Positions 1-11,279 of a DNA stretch of 64,000 nt are shown piece after piece (position 1 is the first letter of the stretch; every line of letters begins with the position of its first letter). Location of the stretch: the NCBI GenBank assembly GCA_963666285.1, contig OY762711.1. One strand, written 5' to 3'. Under the pieces are notes generated by a model that was not told where the DNA came from, did not search any database, and saw only the letters and a list, made by a program, of their open reading frames with translations. The position numbers and the translations under genes were made by a program. The DNA comes from Sedimentisphaerales bacterium. GTDB taxonomy: Bacteria > Planctomycetota > Phycisphaerae > Sedimentisphaerales > SM23-30.

Positions 1-348
1 GCTCTCCTTAATGAATGCTGGATATTGCGCATAGCATGGGTTTTCACTTAACAAACTTATCTGATAATAGCCAAAATATACCGATTTTGTCAGGTATTAG
101 CTTGTAAGTATATATTCTATAGTACTTTGTGATAAATAAAAAATAAGAGTATGATTGATAAATCATCTCAAGGCAACATCCATAGTACCCATTTATCATG
201 TATATTATATGGAAAGCCAATAAAATAGCAATATATAAATATTTACCTATCTTAACGCTTGAGGTCAGGAAATGAGAGTTTTTGTCTTTTTAGAAAGTAA
301 TAACTTTAATAAGGGTAAAAGATTTGTCTGGTGGCATGGTTAGAAATG

Positions 349-378
349 AAAAGGGCGGTTCATGTAAAACCGCCCTTT
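349..378 (-). terminator. Intrinsic terminator downstream of MCP1
   Basis: Inverted repeat AAAGGGCGGTT...AACCGCCCTTT about 30 nt after the stop; short T tract on the minus strand. Confidence 0.7.
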
Positions 379-409
379 GGTTGTTGGCATAAAATATCTT
401 GCAATGATA

Positions 410-1891
410 TCAAATCATTGTTTTAAGTTCTTCTGTGACGTCATATACATATTTAACTTGATCTTTCAATTCCTGGGCAGCGGCAGCATCTTCTTCGGCA
501 TTTGCTGCAATAGATTGTGTAGCACTGTCGACCTGTCCCATTGCCAGATTGATCTGTTCTATGCCGGTTGCCTGTTCGCTTGAAGCTGTATATATTTCGG
601 AGATCAGATCGTTAACTTTTAGTGATGCGTCAGACATTTCACTAAATGCGTCAGATACTTCATTAACACTTTTAACCCCGTTTTGTGAACTTCTGACAGA
701 TTCTTCGATCATTTGCGCGGTGCCTTTAGCTGCTTCAGCTGATCTCATTGCCAGGTTTCTAACCTCTTCGGCTACTACGGCAAAACCTTTACCGGCTTCA
801 CCGGCACGTGCCGCTTCAACAGCTGCGTTAAGAGCCAGCAGGTTTGTCTGAAAAGCAATTTCATCAATAATTTTAATAACATTACTGATTTCCTGGGAAG
901 ATTTCTGGATGCCTTCCATTGCGGCTGTCATTTGTTGTATAGAAAGAGAACCGGTGTCAGCTATTTTACTGGAATTTGATGCCAGGCTGTTAGCCTTGCC
1001 GGCATTGTCGGTAGTCATTTTTGCCATCGAACTAATTTCTTCCAGAGAGCTGCTTGTTTCTTCAACAGCTGCTGCCTGGCTGTTGGCATTATTCGCAAGT
1101 GAGTTCGCCCCTTCCGAAATATTGTCAGATGCATGAGTTATCTGCGATACAACCTGAATGAGTACATTAACAGCTTTCTTTAAAGGAGTAATAATACTTT
1201 TGGCAACCATAGCACAGATAACAATTAATAGTGTAATACATACAGCAAGTCCGATCATATTATATAATGCAAACTGCTTTTTTTCAGATGATACTGTTGC
1301 AACAAGTTCTTCTTTGGCTTTTTGCACATTATCGGCATAAATACCAGCACCCAAGTAAAGCTTTGTGCCGGGAATTGCTTTTATATAGCTGATTTTTGGC
1401 AGTATTGTACCGTTTTTATCCCAGTTATATTCTACAAATCCTGATCCCTGCTCTTTTGCAACTTTATTGAATTCCTGGACAAAGAATTTGCCATTGGCAT
1501 CTTTTGACTGGGACATGTCAGTTCCAATGAGTGAATTTTTTTCTGGATGATAAATACATAATCCATCAAAAGTAAAGGTAAAGACATAACCACTCTTGTC
1601 TTCCATGAATGTTGCATTCTGGGTGAGTTTCCCAATTATCTCTCGCTGTTTTTCAATATCAGTTATGCCCTTAATGCCTTCAGATATTAAAGCTGTTTCA
1701 ATATCAATTGCTGACATTAGGGCTTGTTTTCGACCTTCAAGAACAGCATTTTCAAATTCCGGCATAATGACATCATTCGAAACTCTACTATCGAAGTAGG
1801 CCTGAAGTATATACTGGCCAATCAGACATGCTAGTGCTATTGCTGGCAGTGTAAGAACTTTAATTGTGATTTTCTGGTTTTTTCTTGACAT
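410..1891 (-). CDS. Methyl-accepting chemotaxis protein with Cache sensor domain (MCP1)
   Basis: TM-Cache (GYVFTF...[14 protein letters not shown])-TM followed by the MCP hairpin [34 protein letters not shown]. Start moved from the track's 1921 to ATG 1891 (AAGGTG upstream). Confidence 0.95.
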   Translation of the reverse strand: MSRKNQKITIKVLTLPAIALACLIGQYILQAYFDSRVSNDVIMPEFENAVLEGRKQALMSAIDIETALISEGIKGITDIEKQREIIGKLTQNATFMEDKSGYVFTFTFDGLCIYHPEKNSLIGTDMSQSKDANGKFFVQEFNKVAKEQGSGFVEYNWDKNGTILPKISYIKAIPGTKLYLGAGIYADNVQKAKEELVATVSSEKKQFALYNMIGLAVCITLLIVICAMVAKSIITPLKKAVNVLIQVVSQITHASDNISEGANSLANNANSQAAAVEETSSSLEEISSMAKMTTDNAGKANSLASNSSKIADTGSLSIQQMTAAMEGIQKSSQEISNVIKIIDEIAFQTNLLALNAAVEAARAGEAGKGFAVVAEEVRNLAMRSAEAAKGTAQMIEESVRSSQNGVKSVNEVSDAFSEMSDASLKVNDLISEIYTASSEQATGIEQINLAMGQVDSATQSIAANAEEDAAAAQELKDQVKYVYDVTEELKTMI

Positions 1892-2089
1892 TTTGCACCT
1901 TAGAAAAAAAGTAATTAACAATAATCAGGTATATGTGAATACGGTTCACAAAACCGTACTCATTTTTATAAACAATTTTAAGAGCTCTTTTATTTTTCTA
2001 TTTTATTGTATATTCGGGGCCGCTAATAATAATATAATTGCACCAGATATAGCTTAGTTATAGAGCGTAGAAAGGCTCTTGTTGAATAA

Positions 2090-3574
2090 TTATATCATAG
2101 CTTTAAGATCGTCAGCAACGTTATGAACATAATTGATCTGCTCTTTTAGTTGTTCCGCAGAAGCGGCATCCTGTTCGGCGTTAGCCGCGATTGATTGAGT
2201 AGAATTATCTATCTGACTCATCGCAATATTTATTTGCTCTATACCACCGGTCTGTTCATTTGATGCGGTATATATTTCAGCTATTAGATCGTTTACCTGG
2301 ACGGTAGCGTCAGTAACATTGCCAAAAGCTTCCGATACTTCAGAAACGCTTTTGACACCATTTTGGGCGCTTCTTACAGACTCTTCTATCATTTGCGCAG
2401 TGCCTTTAGCTGCTTCAGCTGATCTCATTGCCAGGTTTCTAACCTCTTCGGCTACTACGGCAAAACCTTTACCGGCTTCGCCTGCGCGGGCAGCTTCCAC
2501 AGCTGCGTTAAGTGCCAGCAGGTTAGTCTGGAAAGCGATTTCATCAATAATTTTTATAACGTTACTGATTTCCTGGGAAGATTTCTGTATGCCTTCCATT
2601 GCAGCAGTCATTTGTTGGATAGATTCTGAGCCTGTTTCGGCAGCTTTACTGGAACTGGCAGCCAGCCCGTTGGCTTTTCCGGCATTATCCGTTGTCATAT
2701 GAGCCATTGAGCTTATTTCTTCTAACGAACTGCTTGTTTGTTCGATTGCTGCTGCCTGGCTGATAGAATTTTCAGATAACGAGTTTGCTCCCTGGGAGAT
2801 ACTGTGAGAAGCCTGTGTAATCTGATCTACTACTTTTAACAATATATCAATTGATTTTTTTAGAGGACCGATTATGCTTTTAGCAACAAACAGTGAAATA
2901 ATTACCAGTACTAACATCGACCCTATAGTTCCGCAAATATTATATAAGGCATATTGTTTTTTCTGATTTTGGATATTTGCAGTTAGTGCCGCTTTGGAAT
3001 GTTCCACGTTATCAATATAAACACCGGCACCAAGGTATATATCTGTTCCGTTGATTTTTTTCACATAACTTATCTTAGGCTGTATGCCCTGACTTTCTTT
3101 TTCCCAGTAGTATTCAACAAAACCTGAACCATTTTCTTTTACTGTCTGGCTGAAGTTCCTGAACAGGTAATTTCCGGCTTTATCCTGGAAGTCATAAGCG
3201 TCATTACCATTTTTACTGTTATCTGAAGGGTTGTTTATACAGATTCCATCCAGATTATAAGCAAAAATATACCCGCTTTTATCGTCGAAGAACCTGATAG
3301 TATTTGTTTCGTTTTGTATAATTTCAGTAATTTTGTCTTGATCTTTTAACCCTTTGAGTTTGCCTTCCATATTCATGACGTAGGAATCGACAACCGTCTG
3401 GAGTGAAAGTTTGTTTCCTTCCAGAACAGCATTTCCGAATTCCGGCATTATTACTTTTTCAGAGACTTTATTATTAAAGTAGGTTTGGATACTGTATTGG
3501 AATATCAGGCATAATAGTGCAATTACAGGCAGTGACAACACTTTGTAGCTGATTTTATTTTTTTTCGATTGCAT
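2090..3574 (-). CDS. Methyl-accepting chemotaxis protein with Cache sensor domain (MCP2)
   Basis: Same architecture and signalling motif as MCP1. ATG 3574 is preceded by AAGGAG (track start 3709). Confidence 0.95.
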   Translation of the reverse strand: MQSKKNKISYKVLSLPVIALLCLIFQYSIQTYFNNKVSEKVIMPEFGNAVLEGNKLSLQTVVDSYVMNMEGKLKGLKDQDKITEIIQNETNTIRFFDDKSGYIFAYNLDGICINNPSDNSKNGNDAYDFQDKAGNYLFRNFSQTVKENGSGFVEYYWEKESQGIQPKISYVKKINGTDIYLGAGVYIDNVEHSKAALTANIQNQKKQYALYNICGTIGSMLVLVIISLFVAKSIIGPLKKSIDILLKVVDQITQASHSISQGANSLSENSISQAAAIEQTSSSLEEISSMAHMTTDNAGKANGLAASSSKAAETGSESIQQMTAAMEGIQKSSQEISNVIKIIDEIAFQTNLLALNAAVEAARAGEAGKGFAVVAEEVRNLAMRSAEAAKGTAQMIEESVRSAQNGVKSVSEVSEAFGNVTDATVQVNDLIAEIYTASNEQTGGIEQINIAMSQIDNSTQSIAANAEQDAASAEQLKEQINYVHNVADDLKAMI

Positions 3575-4234
3575 TATGCTCTCCTTATTAATTGTCATAT
3601 GAAACATACCAAATGCATTACTTGCGTCACTTTTATCGTATTTAACTTTTACATGATTAACTAAAATGTAAAAAAATATAGTTTCATAATTGAAATCATT
3701 ATGTCTCACTGGTTTCTTTAGCTCATTTTTTTGTTTCTGAATTTCTTGCTAGTAACGCATAATAAAGACTGAAGTTTTGTAAGTTTGTTTTTGGTAAGTA
3801 CTTACATTGAAGATGTGGTTTGTGACGTTGTTTTTCGTTTGCGTTTTTTTTTAATATTATTGCGTACCGGAGGTAGGCCCAGAGGTGGAATGGTTAAGAC
3901 CTATAAAACTTTGGTCTATTTTTTATAGGACTTATATTTATACAAAAATGTAAATTCATTTAATGTTTTAATGCCGGTATACTCTATTTCTGGAGGGGGC
4001 TTGAATAGATAATATGTCTGGTTTCTAAATGAAAAAAAAGTATATTTCCAGTATTTATTTATTGGAAAATAGAATATAATATGAATAATTAATGTTTTGG
4101 ATTTGGTTGTGCCAGTAATTGTTTAAGTTGCTTTGGCCAAAGAGTTTGGTATTTTTTTTCGCAGAACAGGGAACTTGCGGTAAGAGATATTTTTGTATGA
4201 TTAATATTTGTTTATATGGATATTGGTTTAGGTA

Positions 4235-5734
4235 ATGGATTTTCCAACGAGTAATTTAATATTTCATCCTTTGAGGCTGTTGATAATCATTGGGTGGTTC
4301 TATTGGTGTGTCTATTTGTTAAATGGTTATTACAAGAGTCCATTGATTCCAAATAAGCACAGGGCGTTATGTAATGTAATAATTCTTTTTACCGGGCCTA
4401 TGTTCATATTTGCCATGAATGTAATAGCCGCAGTAAAGGCTACCGAGGAGCATAACGGCACTATACATGATTTCTTTGCTATCTTATTTGGTAAGGGAAA
4501 ATTCACTAAAAGCAGCTCCAAGCTTAGTGGTTCTTCCAGGATATCGGTCTTTATAGATACGGACAAATTTAATGACAGCGAGACTCTGGCTAAGGTAGAA
4601 AAGATACTTGGTGATGCCTTGGAGATGCGTGCCAGTGATATCCTTATCAACCCGACAGGCGAATCTACCCAGTTGCGATTTAGAGTAGATGGCATTCTCC
4701 GGACAGTTGATAATATTCAAACAGAAGAATCTGTTAAGATTGTAAATAGTATCAAGGCGATATCATCTTTGGATGTTGCGGAAAAACGTAGAACGCAGGA
4801 TGGAGCCTTTACTGTAAAGACAGATGCAGGGCCTGTTTCGCTTCGAACAGCATCAGCCGGCGTATTACACGGAGAGAAACTTTCTATACGAATATTAAAC
4901 CAGGCTTCAAAACCTTTATCTATCAGGGAGCTTGGTTTCCGGTCAAAGCAGATCGAGATCATTTTGCCAAGGATAAGTCGCAGTGGTGGGATGATATTAG
5001 TGTGCGGCCCTACAGGCAGCGGCAAAAGCACTACAATCTACTCTATGTTGAGAATGTTAGATTTCGACCAGAAAAACGTTATTACCATCGAAGATCCGGT
5101 CGAATATGTTCTGCCAAATGCCAGCCAGATCGAGATTAATGAGAAGGCCGGCATTACCTTTGTTTCGACTCTTCGAAGTGTATTGCGGCAGGACCCGGAT
5201 GTGATTTCAATTGGTGAAATTCGAGATGAAGAGACTGCCGAAATTGCATTGCAGGCAGCCCAAACAGGTCATCAGGTCTTTGCGACTTTACATAGCAGCA
5301 GCAATGCCGCAGCTCTGGTAAGGTTGATAGATTTAGGCACCAAGCCGTTATTATTGGTGTCTGCATTAGATATGGTGATTTCTCAAAGACTTATTAAGAG
5401 GCTCTGTCCAAAGTGCAAAACAGCCGCGTCTTTAACTGACAGTCAGATGAAGAGCCTTGAAGGCAAGAATATTTCACCGGGTAAATTAAGGGCACCGGCG
5501 GGTTGTGTTGAATGCGGCTATACCGGTTATTACGGACGTACCGGTGTTTTTGATATTATGCTGTTGGATGATGAAATTCGTGACCAGCTACTCGAAGGTA
5601 AAATTTCTGTCAGCAAATTCAAGCAGTTTGGCGATGATAGCTGTCGAAATAATATGCAGAAAAATGCGATGGCACTTGCTTTTACCGGCGGTACTGATTT
5701 ACGTGAAGTTAAAAGACTTGTATCAAGTTTTTAA
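4235..5734 (+). CDS. GspE/PilB-family secretion/pilus ATPase with hydrophobic N-terminus
   Basis: ASDI, RFRVDG, Walker A GPTGSGKST, TIEDPVE, LRQDPDVI.IGEIRD, TGH..ATLH, two CxxC pairs. Confidence 0.93.
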   Translation: MDFPTSNLIFHPLRLLIIIGWFYWCVYLLNGYYKSPLIPNKHRALCNVIILFTGPMFIFAMNVIAAVKATEEHNGTIHDFFAILFGKGKFTKSSSKLSGSSRISVFIDTDKFNDSETLAKVEKILGDALEMRASDILINPTGESTQLRFRVDGILRTVDNIQTEESVKIVNSIKAISSLDVAEKRRTQDGAFTVKTDAGPVSLRTASAGVLHGEKLSIRILNQASKPLSIRELGFRSKQIEIILPRISRSGGMILVCGPTGSGKSTTIYSMLRMLDFDQKNVITIEDPVEYVLPNASQIEINEKAGITFVSTLRSVLRQDPDVISIGEIRDEETAEIALQAAQTGHQVFATLHSSSNAAALVRLIDLGTKPLLLVSALDMVISQRLIKRLCPKCKTAASLTDSQMKSLEGKNISPGKLRAPAGCVECGYTGYYGRTGVFDIMLLDDEIRDQLLEGKISVSKFKQFGDDSCRNNMQKNAMALAFTGGTDLREVKRLVSSF

Positions 5735-5756
5735 TATATTTAGAAGGTCTCAAAGA

Positions 5757-6353
5757 ATGTTTTTATTGATATTATTATTAAGTATAGCTTTCGGTTGGTA
5801 TGCCAAAAAATTTGGTTTCACTACTATGTGGATAGCTTTATTTAATGCTGTTATTAGTATTTATCTTGGGGTAATGCTGATACCTACTATCGTCGCTTAC
5901 ATTCCTGCATTTTCCAGTGTATATGCAAAAGTAATGTGCGGCTTTGGGATATCACTGTTTTTGTTTGTTATCGCTCAATATGCGGTAATAATTTCTTTTG
6001 AAAATGCTTTAGATGTCACTATGCCGGAGATGTTTTCTAAAATTGGGGCAATAGTGTCAGGTGTATTGTTATCGCTGATAGTAATGAATTTCTTTATGTT
6101 TAACGTGGTTTCAATGCTTTCAGTTTCAAATCCTGATTCCGGCTGGGTAAAATCAGTTTCTGCCCAAAAAGCATATTCTATTACCCACTCTGTCTGTAAC
6201 TTTGTTCACAGGCTTGGAGCTCAGCCAGAGGTTGATATGCCCGCGGAAGCGATGAAATGGTATGCGGCAAAACCGAAAAAGGAAAAAGAAAATAAAAACG
6301 AGAACGAAGATCAGCCCCCAAAAGACGATGATGGTTTAGTTGAGTTGTTATGA
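5757..6353 (+). CDS. CvpA-like multi-pass membrane protein
   Basis: About 4 hydrophobic segments and an SKIGAIVSG pattern resembling CvpA; ATG 5757 after GAAGG. The track's longer start overlaps the ATPase gene. Confidence 0.6.
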   Translation: MFLLILLLSIAFGWYAKKFGFTTMWIALFNAVISIYLGVMLIPTIVAYIPAFSSVYAKVMCGFGISLFLFVIAQYAVIISFENALDVTMPEMFSKIGAIVSGVLLSLIVMNFFMFNVVSMLSVSNPDSGWVKSVSAQKAYSITHSVCNFVHRLGAQPEVDMPAEAMKWYAAKPKKEKENKNENEDQPPKDDDGLVELL

Positions 6354-6420
6354 TGGTATACAGTGCCTTAATGCTTATTGGGTGTCTGTGTTTTCAATAT
6401 TGGCGAAGGCCACTGATACT

Positions 6421-6450
6421 AAAAAAAAGACCGACGATTATTCGCCGGTC
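6421..6450 (-). terminator. Terminator between the convergent cvpA-like and degP genes
   Basis: AGACCGACGA-TTAT-TCGCCGGTCT hairpin with an adjacent A8 run (U tract on the minus strand). Confidence 0.6.
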
Positions 6451-6489
6451 TCGTTATATAGGTGTTGGGAAAATGAGTTTCTGGTTGTT

Positions 6490-8073
6490 CTATAATGTGT
6501 CTTTCTTTATTATATTGATTTCTTTTTCGCCGTTTTTATTTCTAATCTTGATATTTACTCCTTTAGAAAAGTCAACAGAAGAAATTATATCCTTTAGTTC
6601 GTAAAATGAAGTTATTGATTTGCCATTAACGCTAAGGATCATATCGCCTTCTCTTATTCCTGATTCTTCTGCGAGAGAGCCAATATTAACACTGGTAACA
6701 ATAACTGCTTTTAACTTGCCATTTGTTTCTGCTAAACCATATTGTTTGGCCAGGGCAGGGCTTATCTGTTCCACGGAAATACCTAGTTTGGGTTTGTCTC
6801 TATTGGTTAGATCCGGGGTAGGAAACATGTTGTCCTGATCTTGTCCAAATTGGTCAGGGAAACCCGGCAGGTCAGGAAATCCAGGTATAACTCTATTATT
6901 GTTGTTAGCATATTGTTCCTGCATTTCAGCAGTCTTCCTAACTTCTTCGCGATTGCCGAGTATTACTTTAAGAGTAACTTCTTTTCCGTCACGCCATACT
7001 TTAAATTCGGTTTCTTTGTCTGGCGGCGTCTGGGCAATATTCTGTCGAAGGTCAGGAGAGTTTTCAGCTTTCTTGCCGTTATATTCGATGATGATATCGA
7101 AGTCTTTCATTTTACCTTTTGCAGCAGGAGTATTATCTTCAACTCTCGCTACAAACACACCTTCAAGATCATCAGGAATTTTATTCAGCAATTTTTTCAA
7201 ATAACCGGCATTATCCAAATCTCCATTTGTAAGATCTATTAGTTCCCGGTCTGTGTATTTTTTAAGATCACGTAAAGGCGTACCGAGAAGTTTTACTCCC
7301 AGGTAACCACGCTGCACTCGCTTATTATTGATTAGCTGCTCAGTTACATATTTGGCAAGGTTGCTTGGCACGGCAAAACCATATCCGGTTGACACTCCCG
7401 TTGGGCTGAAGATATTGGAATTTATACCGATTACTTCACCGTATAAGTTAACCAGGGGGCCGCCACTGTTTCCCTTATTGATATCAGCATCTGTTTGAAT
7501 AAAATCCTCTAAACCCCATTGGCCCAGTATTTGTGTCTGGCGGCCTTTGTAGCTGATTATACCCATTGTGACGGTTTGGCTGAGACCGAATGGACTTCCT
7601 ATTGCTAGAACCGGGTCTCCAACGGATGTGATATCTGAATCACCGAACTTGGCAGCAGGTAGTTTTTCGCCCTGTGGATCTATTTTTACTATTGCCAGGT
7701 CGGTATCAGGGTCAAGGTATTTTTCCACCCCGATGAATTCCCTGCCGTCAGCTAAAATTACTTCTACTTCATCTGTATCCTCAACGACATGATTGTTTGT
7801 AATGATATATCCGTCTTCGTTGATTATACAACCGCTTCCTAAACCTTCTACTGATTCATGGAAATAACTGTTGCCGCCTACATTTTTCTTCATTCTTATC
7901 ATTACGACAGAAGGACTGATAATGTCAACAGCTCTTCGGAAAACGTTATGTATGTCAGCAACAGATTGACGTTCTTCTGTAGACAATGCTGCCGGTTGAC
8001 TTGCATAGAGGTTACAGAAGCTACAGGCAAGGATTGTAAATGATACAGTAATAACAATAACTTTTCTAACCAT
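6490..8073 (-). CDS. degP: DegP/HtrA periplasmic serine protease with two PDZ domains
   Basis: Signal peptide; GSG, TNNHV, DLA, IQTDA.IN.GNSGGPL catalytic motifs; two PDZ-like segments. Confidence 0.93.
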   Translation of the reverse strand: MVRKVIVITVSFTILACSFCNLYASQPAALSTEERQSVADIHNVFRRAVDIISPSVVMIRMKKNVGGNSYFHESVEGLGSGCIINEDGYIITNNHVVEDTDEVEVILADGREFIGVEKYLDPDTDLAIVKIDPQGEKLPAAKFGDSDITSVGDPVLAIGSPFGLSQTVTMGIISYKGRQTQILGQWGLEDFIQTDADINKGNSGGPLVNLYGEVIGINSNIFSPTGVSTGYGFAVPSNLAKYVTEQLINNKRVQRGYLGVKLLGTPLRDLKKYTDRELIDLTNGDLDNAGYLKKLLNKIPDDLEGVFVARVEDNTPAAKGKMKDFDIIIEYNGKKAENSPDLRQNIAQTPPDKETEFKVWRDGKEVTLKVILGNREEVRKTAEMQEQYANNNNRVIPGFPDLPGFPDQFGQDQDNMFPTPDLTNRDKPKLGISVEQISPALAKQYGLAETNGKLKAVIVTSVNIGSLAEESGIREGDMILSVNGKSITSFYELKDIISSVDFSKGVNIKIRNKNGEKEINIIKKDTL

Positions 8074-8230
8074 AGTCGTACTCCTCGAATAAACTTCAGT
8101 TAATTTATTATTTTACTCTCTGACAAGCTGTCAGTTGTTCATAAGGTGATACGTAATTTAAAATTAGAATGTTCGATTTACGAAAAAGTAATTTTTAACT
8201 TGTTATATACGCGTAAGTTAGGTAGGGGAG

Positions 8231-9085
8231 TTATGCTATCTTGGCAATTTTTATTACCTGGCCATACAGATCGTCCGGGGAGTATTCTTTTTCCAGATCA
8301 AACGGAAGAATGCAGCCGAGATTATGGTCACTGGCAAGGATAATAAGCTTTCTGAAAGGGCGGGAATGACCAAGAGGTTGCGGCTGATGGCCTATGATAA
8401 ACATTTTTGTATCGAGTATTGTTGTCAAATTATCGATCAGGTTATCGTTATGGTGCCTGTCCCATAGCAAGCCGCGAAGAGACTGGTTTGTCATAAGAAT
8501 ATCTTCGGTAATATCAATATCAAATATGCTGCAATCAAAACCGGATAAACTTTCTGCTCCGGGTAGTGAGTGACTCATAAATATATTGTTTGATGTACGG
8601 ACAGCCAGAGGCAATGATAAACCAAAATCGATTACCGACTGGTGTACTTCTTTTGAATCATCTCCAAAAGTAGCTCCTATTCCATTGGTAAGCGATTTTA
8701 CCATTGGTTTGCCTGACTTAATTACTTCTTCCTCTGTAATTTGCGCCATCATATGGTTGCCCATTAAGTAATGGACCTGACCTGGGTATTTTATTAGAAG
8801 GACGGCAGCATGATAGATGGTCGTATAAGAGTGACATTCGTAAGGATTTGATTGTGTGGGATCATGTATCAGCTCATGAATTACCAGGTGAGTATCTGGA
8901 TTATTTTCCAAGTCACAATAACGAACAATTCTATCAAGATTTTTTTCGTTTCCGTGGATGTCACCTGTCATTACCACTTTCCCAGGACCATTAAGCGATA
9001 TTAGATTGCCTGCACGATTAGGATTGGTTCTATTGACCTGGGCGGCCTGTTTAAGTGTGCTGATATAATTTTTCGAATCAAACAA
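8231..9085 (-). CDS. Calcineurin-like metallophosphoesterase
   Basis: GDIHGN, MGNH, SHS and GHQ motifs. Confidence 0.8.
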   Translation of the reverse strand: MFDSKNYISTLKQAAQVNRTNPNRAGNLISLNGPGKVVMTGDIHGNEKNLDRIVRYCDLENNPDTHLVIHELIHDPTQSNPYECHSYTTIYHAAVLLIKYPGQVHYLMGNHMMAQITEEEVIKSGKPMVKSLTNGIGATFGDDSKEVHQSVIDFGLSLPLAVRTSNNIFMSHSLPGAESLSGFDCSIFDIDITEDILMTNQSLRGLLWDRHHNDNLIDNLTTILDTKMFIIGHQPQPLGHSRPFRKLIILASDHNLGCILPFDLEKEYSPDDLYGQVIKIAKIA

Positions 9086-9202
9086 AACAAGGACCTCAAA
9101 TAATAAAATGTTTATACAGGCACAGTATAAATTATCAAATTCGAAGAATAAACAAAATTCTCGATATAAAACAGTTATGTCTGCTTATTTATATTTGAGA
9201 GC

Positions 9203-10099
9203 CTATACTTTTGAGTTTTCGTTTGAGGTTTTTCCACCGGCAATCATATGAATCAGCAAGTCGAGCCTCGAAATAAGCTCATTCATATTGCCGGGACGTT
9301 CTTTGGGATTTTTCTTTACGCATTCCATAATCAGGTTAGATACACCGACCGGAATGATTGGTTTTAGTTCGTGTGGAGCCGGAGGGGGTGTATGACGCGA
9401 TTCAGAAAGAACTTCGATTTTTTCCGCACCTCTTTTGGGAGGTATCAATGTCGGAACATGTTTTCCGGTTAGTGCCCAATATATGGTAGCACCAAGGTTG
9501 AAAACATCTGTCTGACGTGTTACTGGTTTGCGTTTGACCTGTTCCGGAGAAATATAGTCAGGTGTTCCCTGGATTCTTGGTTTAATGGTTCCGACCGGGC
9601 AGCTTTGTCCTAGATCGATTACTCGTATGCTGCCGTTTTCTGCCAGGATGATATTATTTGGCTTCATGTCACAGTGAATTTGACCCGCTTCATGCATACC
9701 GTTTATACCATCGGCCACCATGCGGAATATAAGTAGCAAGTCAAGCAGTGAATGGCTGGGGCTCTGCTCAAGCGAGACACCTGGGCAATATTCCATTAGC
9801 ATAATGATTTCACGTACTTGCAATCTGCGCTTTATCTTTTTGATTTCGAAAACCTTGCGTACATAAGGGTGGTCAACCTTTCTTGCAACTTCATACTCGT
9901 TCTCTACCTGCTCGATCATGCGTTTATCCTGCCCATCCTGGCGGATCACATGCTTCAATGCACGAAGTTCACCTGTATTCTGGTCTCTGACTGAGAATAT
10001 TGTACTTGCCGCACCTGTTCCCAGGCGACGTACTACTTCGTATCCGTCAAATACCGGTGGTTCATAATGTCCAATAGCTGGATTTGGTAATAAAGCCAT
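9203..10099 (-). CDS. Hanks-type Ser/Thr protein kinase (kinase domain only)
   Basis: LGTGA, ALK, HCDMKPNN, IDLG, GTPDYISPEQ, DVFNLG. Confidence 0.93.
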   Translation of the reverse strand: MALLPNPAIGHYEPPVFDGYEVVRRLGTGAASTIFSVRDQNTGELRALKHVIRQDGQDKRMIEQVENEYEVARKVDHPYVRKVFEIKKIKRRLQVREIIMLMEYCPGVSLEQSPSHSLLDLLLIFRMVADGINGMHEAGQIHCDMKPNNIILAENGSIRVIDLGQSCPVGTIKPRIQGTPDYISPEQVKRKPVTRQTDVFNLGATIYWALTGKHVPTLIPPKRGAEKIEVLSESRHTPPPAPHELKPIIPVGVSNLIMECVKKNPKERPGNMNELISRLDLLIHMIAGGKTSNENSKV

Positions 10100-10304
10100 T
10101 CCTCTGTTCCCTGTTGTCTTAGCTTTTGCTAAATATTAACATTGTGTTGTTTACTATCCTACCGAAACAACAATACACTTTGACTTAATATTAGTATAAA
10201 ATACATTAATATTATTGCCAATTTTTTTGAAAATAACCATACTAACACTGTTAAAACAGTGTTAATGTCCTATAAACTGTCAAAAATTATATAGGTCTGG
10301 CTAA

Positions 10305-10332
10305 TAATCGGCCTGATTTTACGCTAACATTA
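10305..10332 (-). promoter_or_regulatory. Candidate sigma28 (FliA) promoter upstream of the kinase
   Basis: Minus strand TAAT-N16-GCCGATTA. Confidence 0.5.
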
Positions 10333-10754
10333 AGGGAATGCTTTTAGAGGAGAGGATTGGAAGGTAAAATAAAGTACTTTAGTATCATTTGTAATGATTG
10401 CAGAGTATATTATAATTATTTGACTCTATTTTACTGTTTTTTCCTACTCCCTTTAATATTCACTACCCATTATTTATAACGTTTTACGCAGGCTAATATC
10501 GCAAAAAAACATTGTATTTTTATTTATTTTGTTCTTTTGCTTAACAAATATATAAAACAGCCTCTTTTTTTCACTTACGTTGAATATTTTCAGGATTCAG
10601 CGTATGTTGAGTGGGCTGGTTAACACTCGTCTTGTAATTTTACTGAGAAAATAATATTCTGGCAAGCTAATAAATCAATATTTTTGTATATCAGAATATT
10701 GATTTATTACAAAAGTTATTATCTAACAATAAGTTATGGAAAAGTATCACGAGT

Positions 10755-11279
10755 CTATTTGACGGTTCTGATCTGATCCAATGGTATATTGCAATGTTTG
10801 ACCAGGCAGTTTACCAGAGATTCCAGCCTGTTAGATTGCCAGGGGGTAGGTTTGTATTGTCCTGATGGGCTTATAATACAGATACGAATTGTATCTGAGG
10901 CGAATAGAATATCCTGAATTGGTATCTGGTTATACCAGGTTGTTGTTGCCAGGATTTGTCCATCTACGCTTTCCGCAGAACCGTCACATATGACAAAGTG
11001 GTAATTATTATTTAAAGAGCCGGTTGTCCGGTTTTTATTTATTTCGTGGATCGAAGAAGAATAAGTGATTTCAATAGACTTCCATGTGTCTGGTAGTATA
11101 CCATTTTTTGTACCTACCGTTGCGTGTGATAGAGATGTATTAATCTCGCTTGAACTGGACAGACTGAAAGCTGCCGGCTTGAATGGCTTGCCTTCTAGCG
11201 CAAGAAGTATAAATGTACCGGCAGTCATAGAGACTATCAGTATGAGGATGGCATTAATCAATCTTCCTTGATTGTTCAT
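10755..11279 (-). CDS. Membrane-anchored amidase_2/PGRP-like protein, probably degenerate
   Basis: N-terminal TM segment; YHFVI, DGQI, IRICII and Q..RL..LV..L..NIP pattern of N-acetylmuramoyl-L-alanine amidases. Confidence 0.6.
   Translation of the reverse strand: MNNQGRLINAILILIVSMTAGTFILLALEGKPFKPAAFSLSSSSEINTSLSHATVGTKNGILPDTWKSIEITYSSSIHEINKNRTTGSLNNNYHFVICDGSAESVDGQILATTTWYNQIPIQDILFASDTIRICIISPSGQYKPTPWQSNRLESLVNCLVKHCNIPLDQIRTVK

Noticed and set aside
3898..3931. CCTATA...TATAGG inverted repeat resembling the one at 10269-10295
   Set aside because: Spacers differ (18 versus 15 nt) in AT-rich DNA; probably chance.
5505..5756. Track's N-terminal extension of the cvpA-like ORF
   Set aside because: Overlaps the ATPase gene; a better ATG with RBS lies at 5757.
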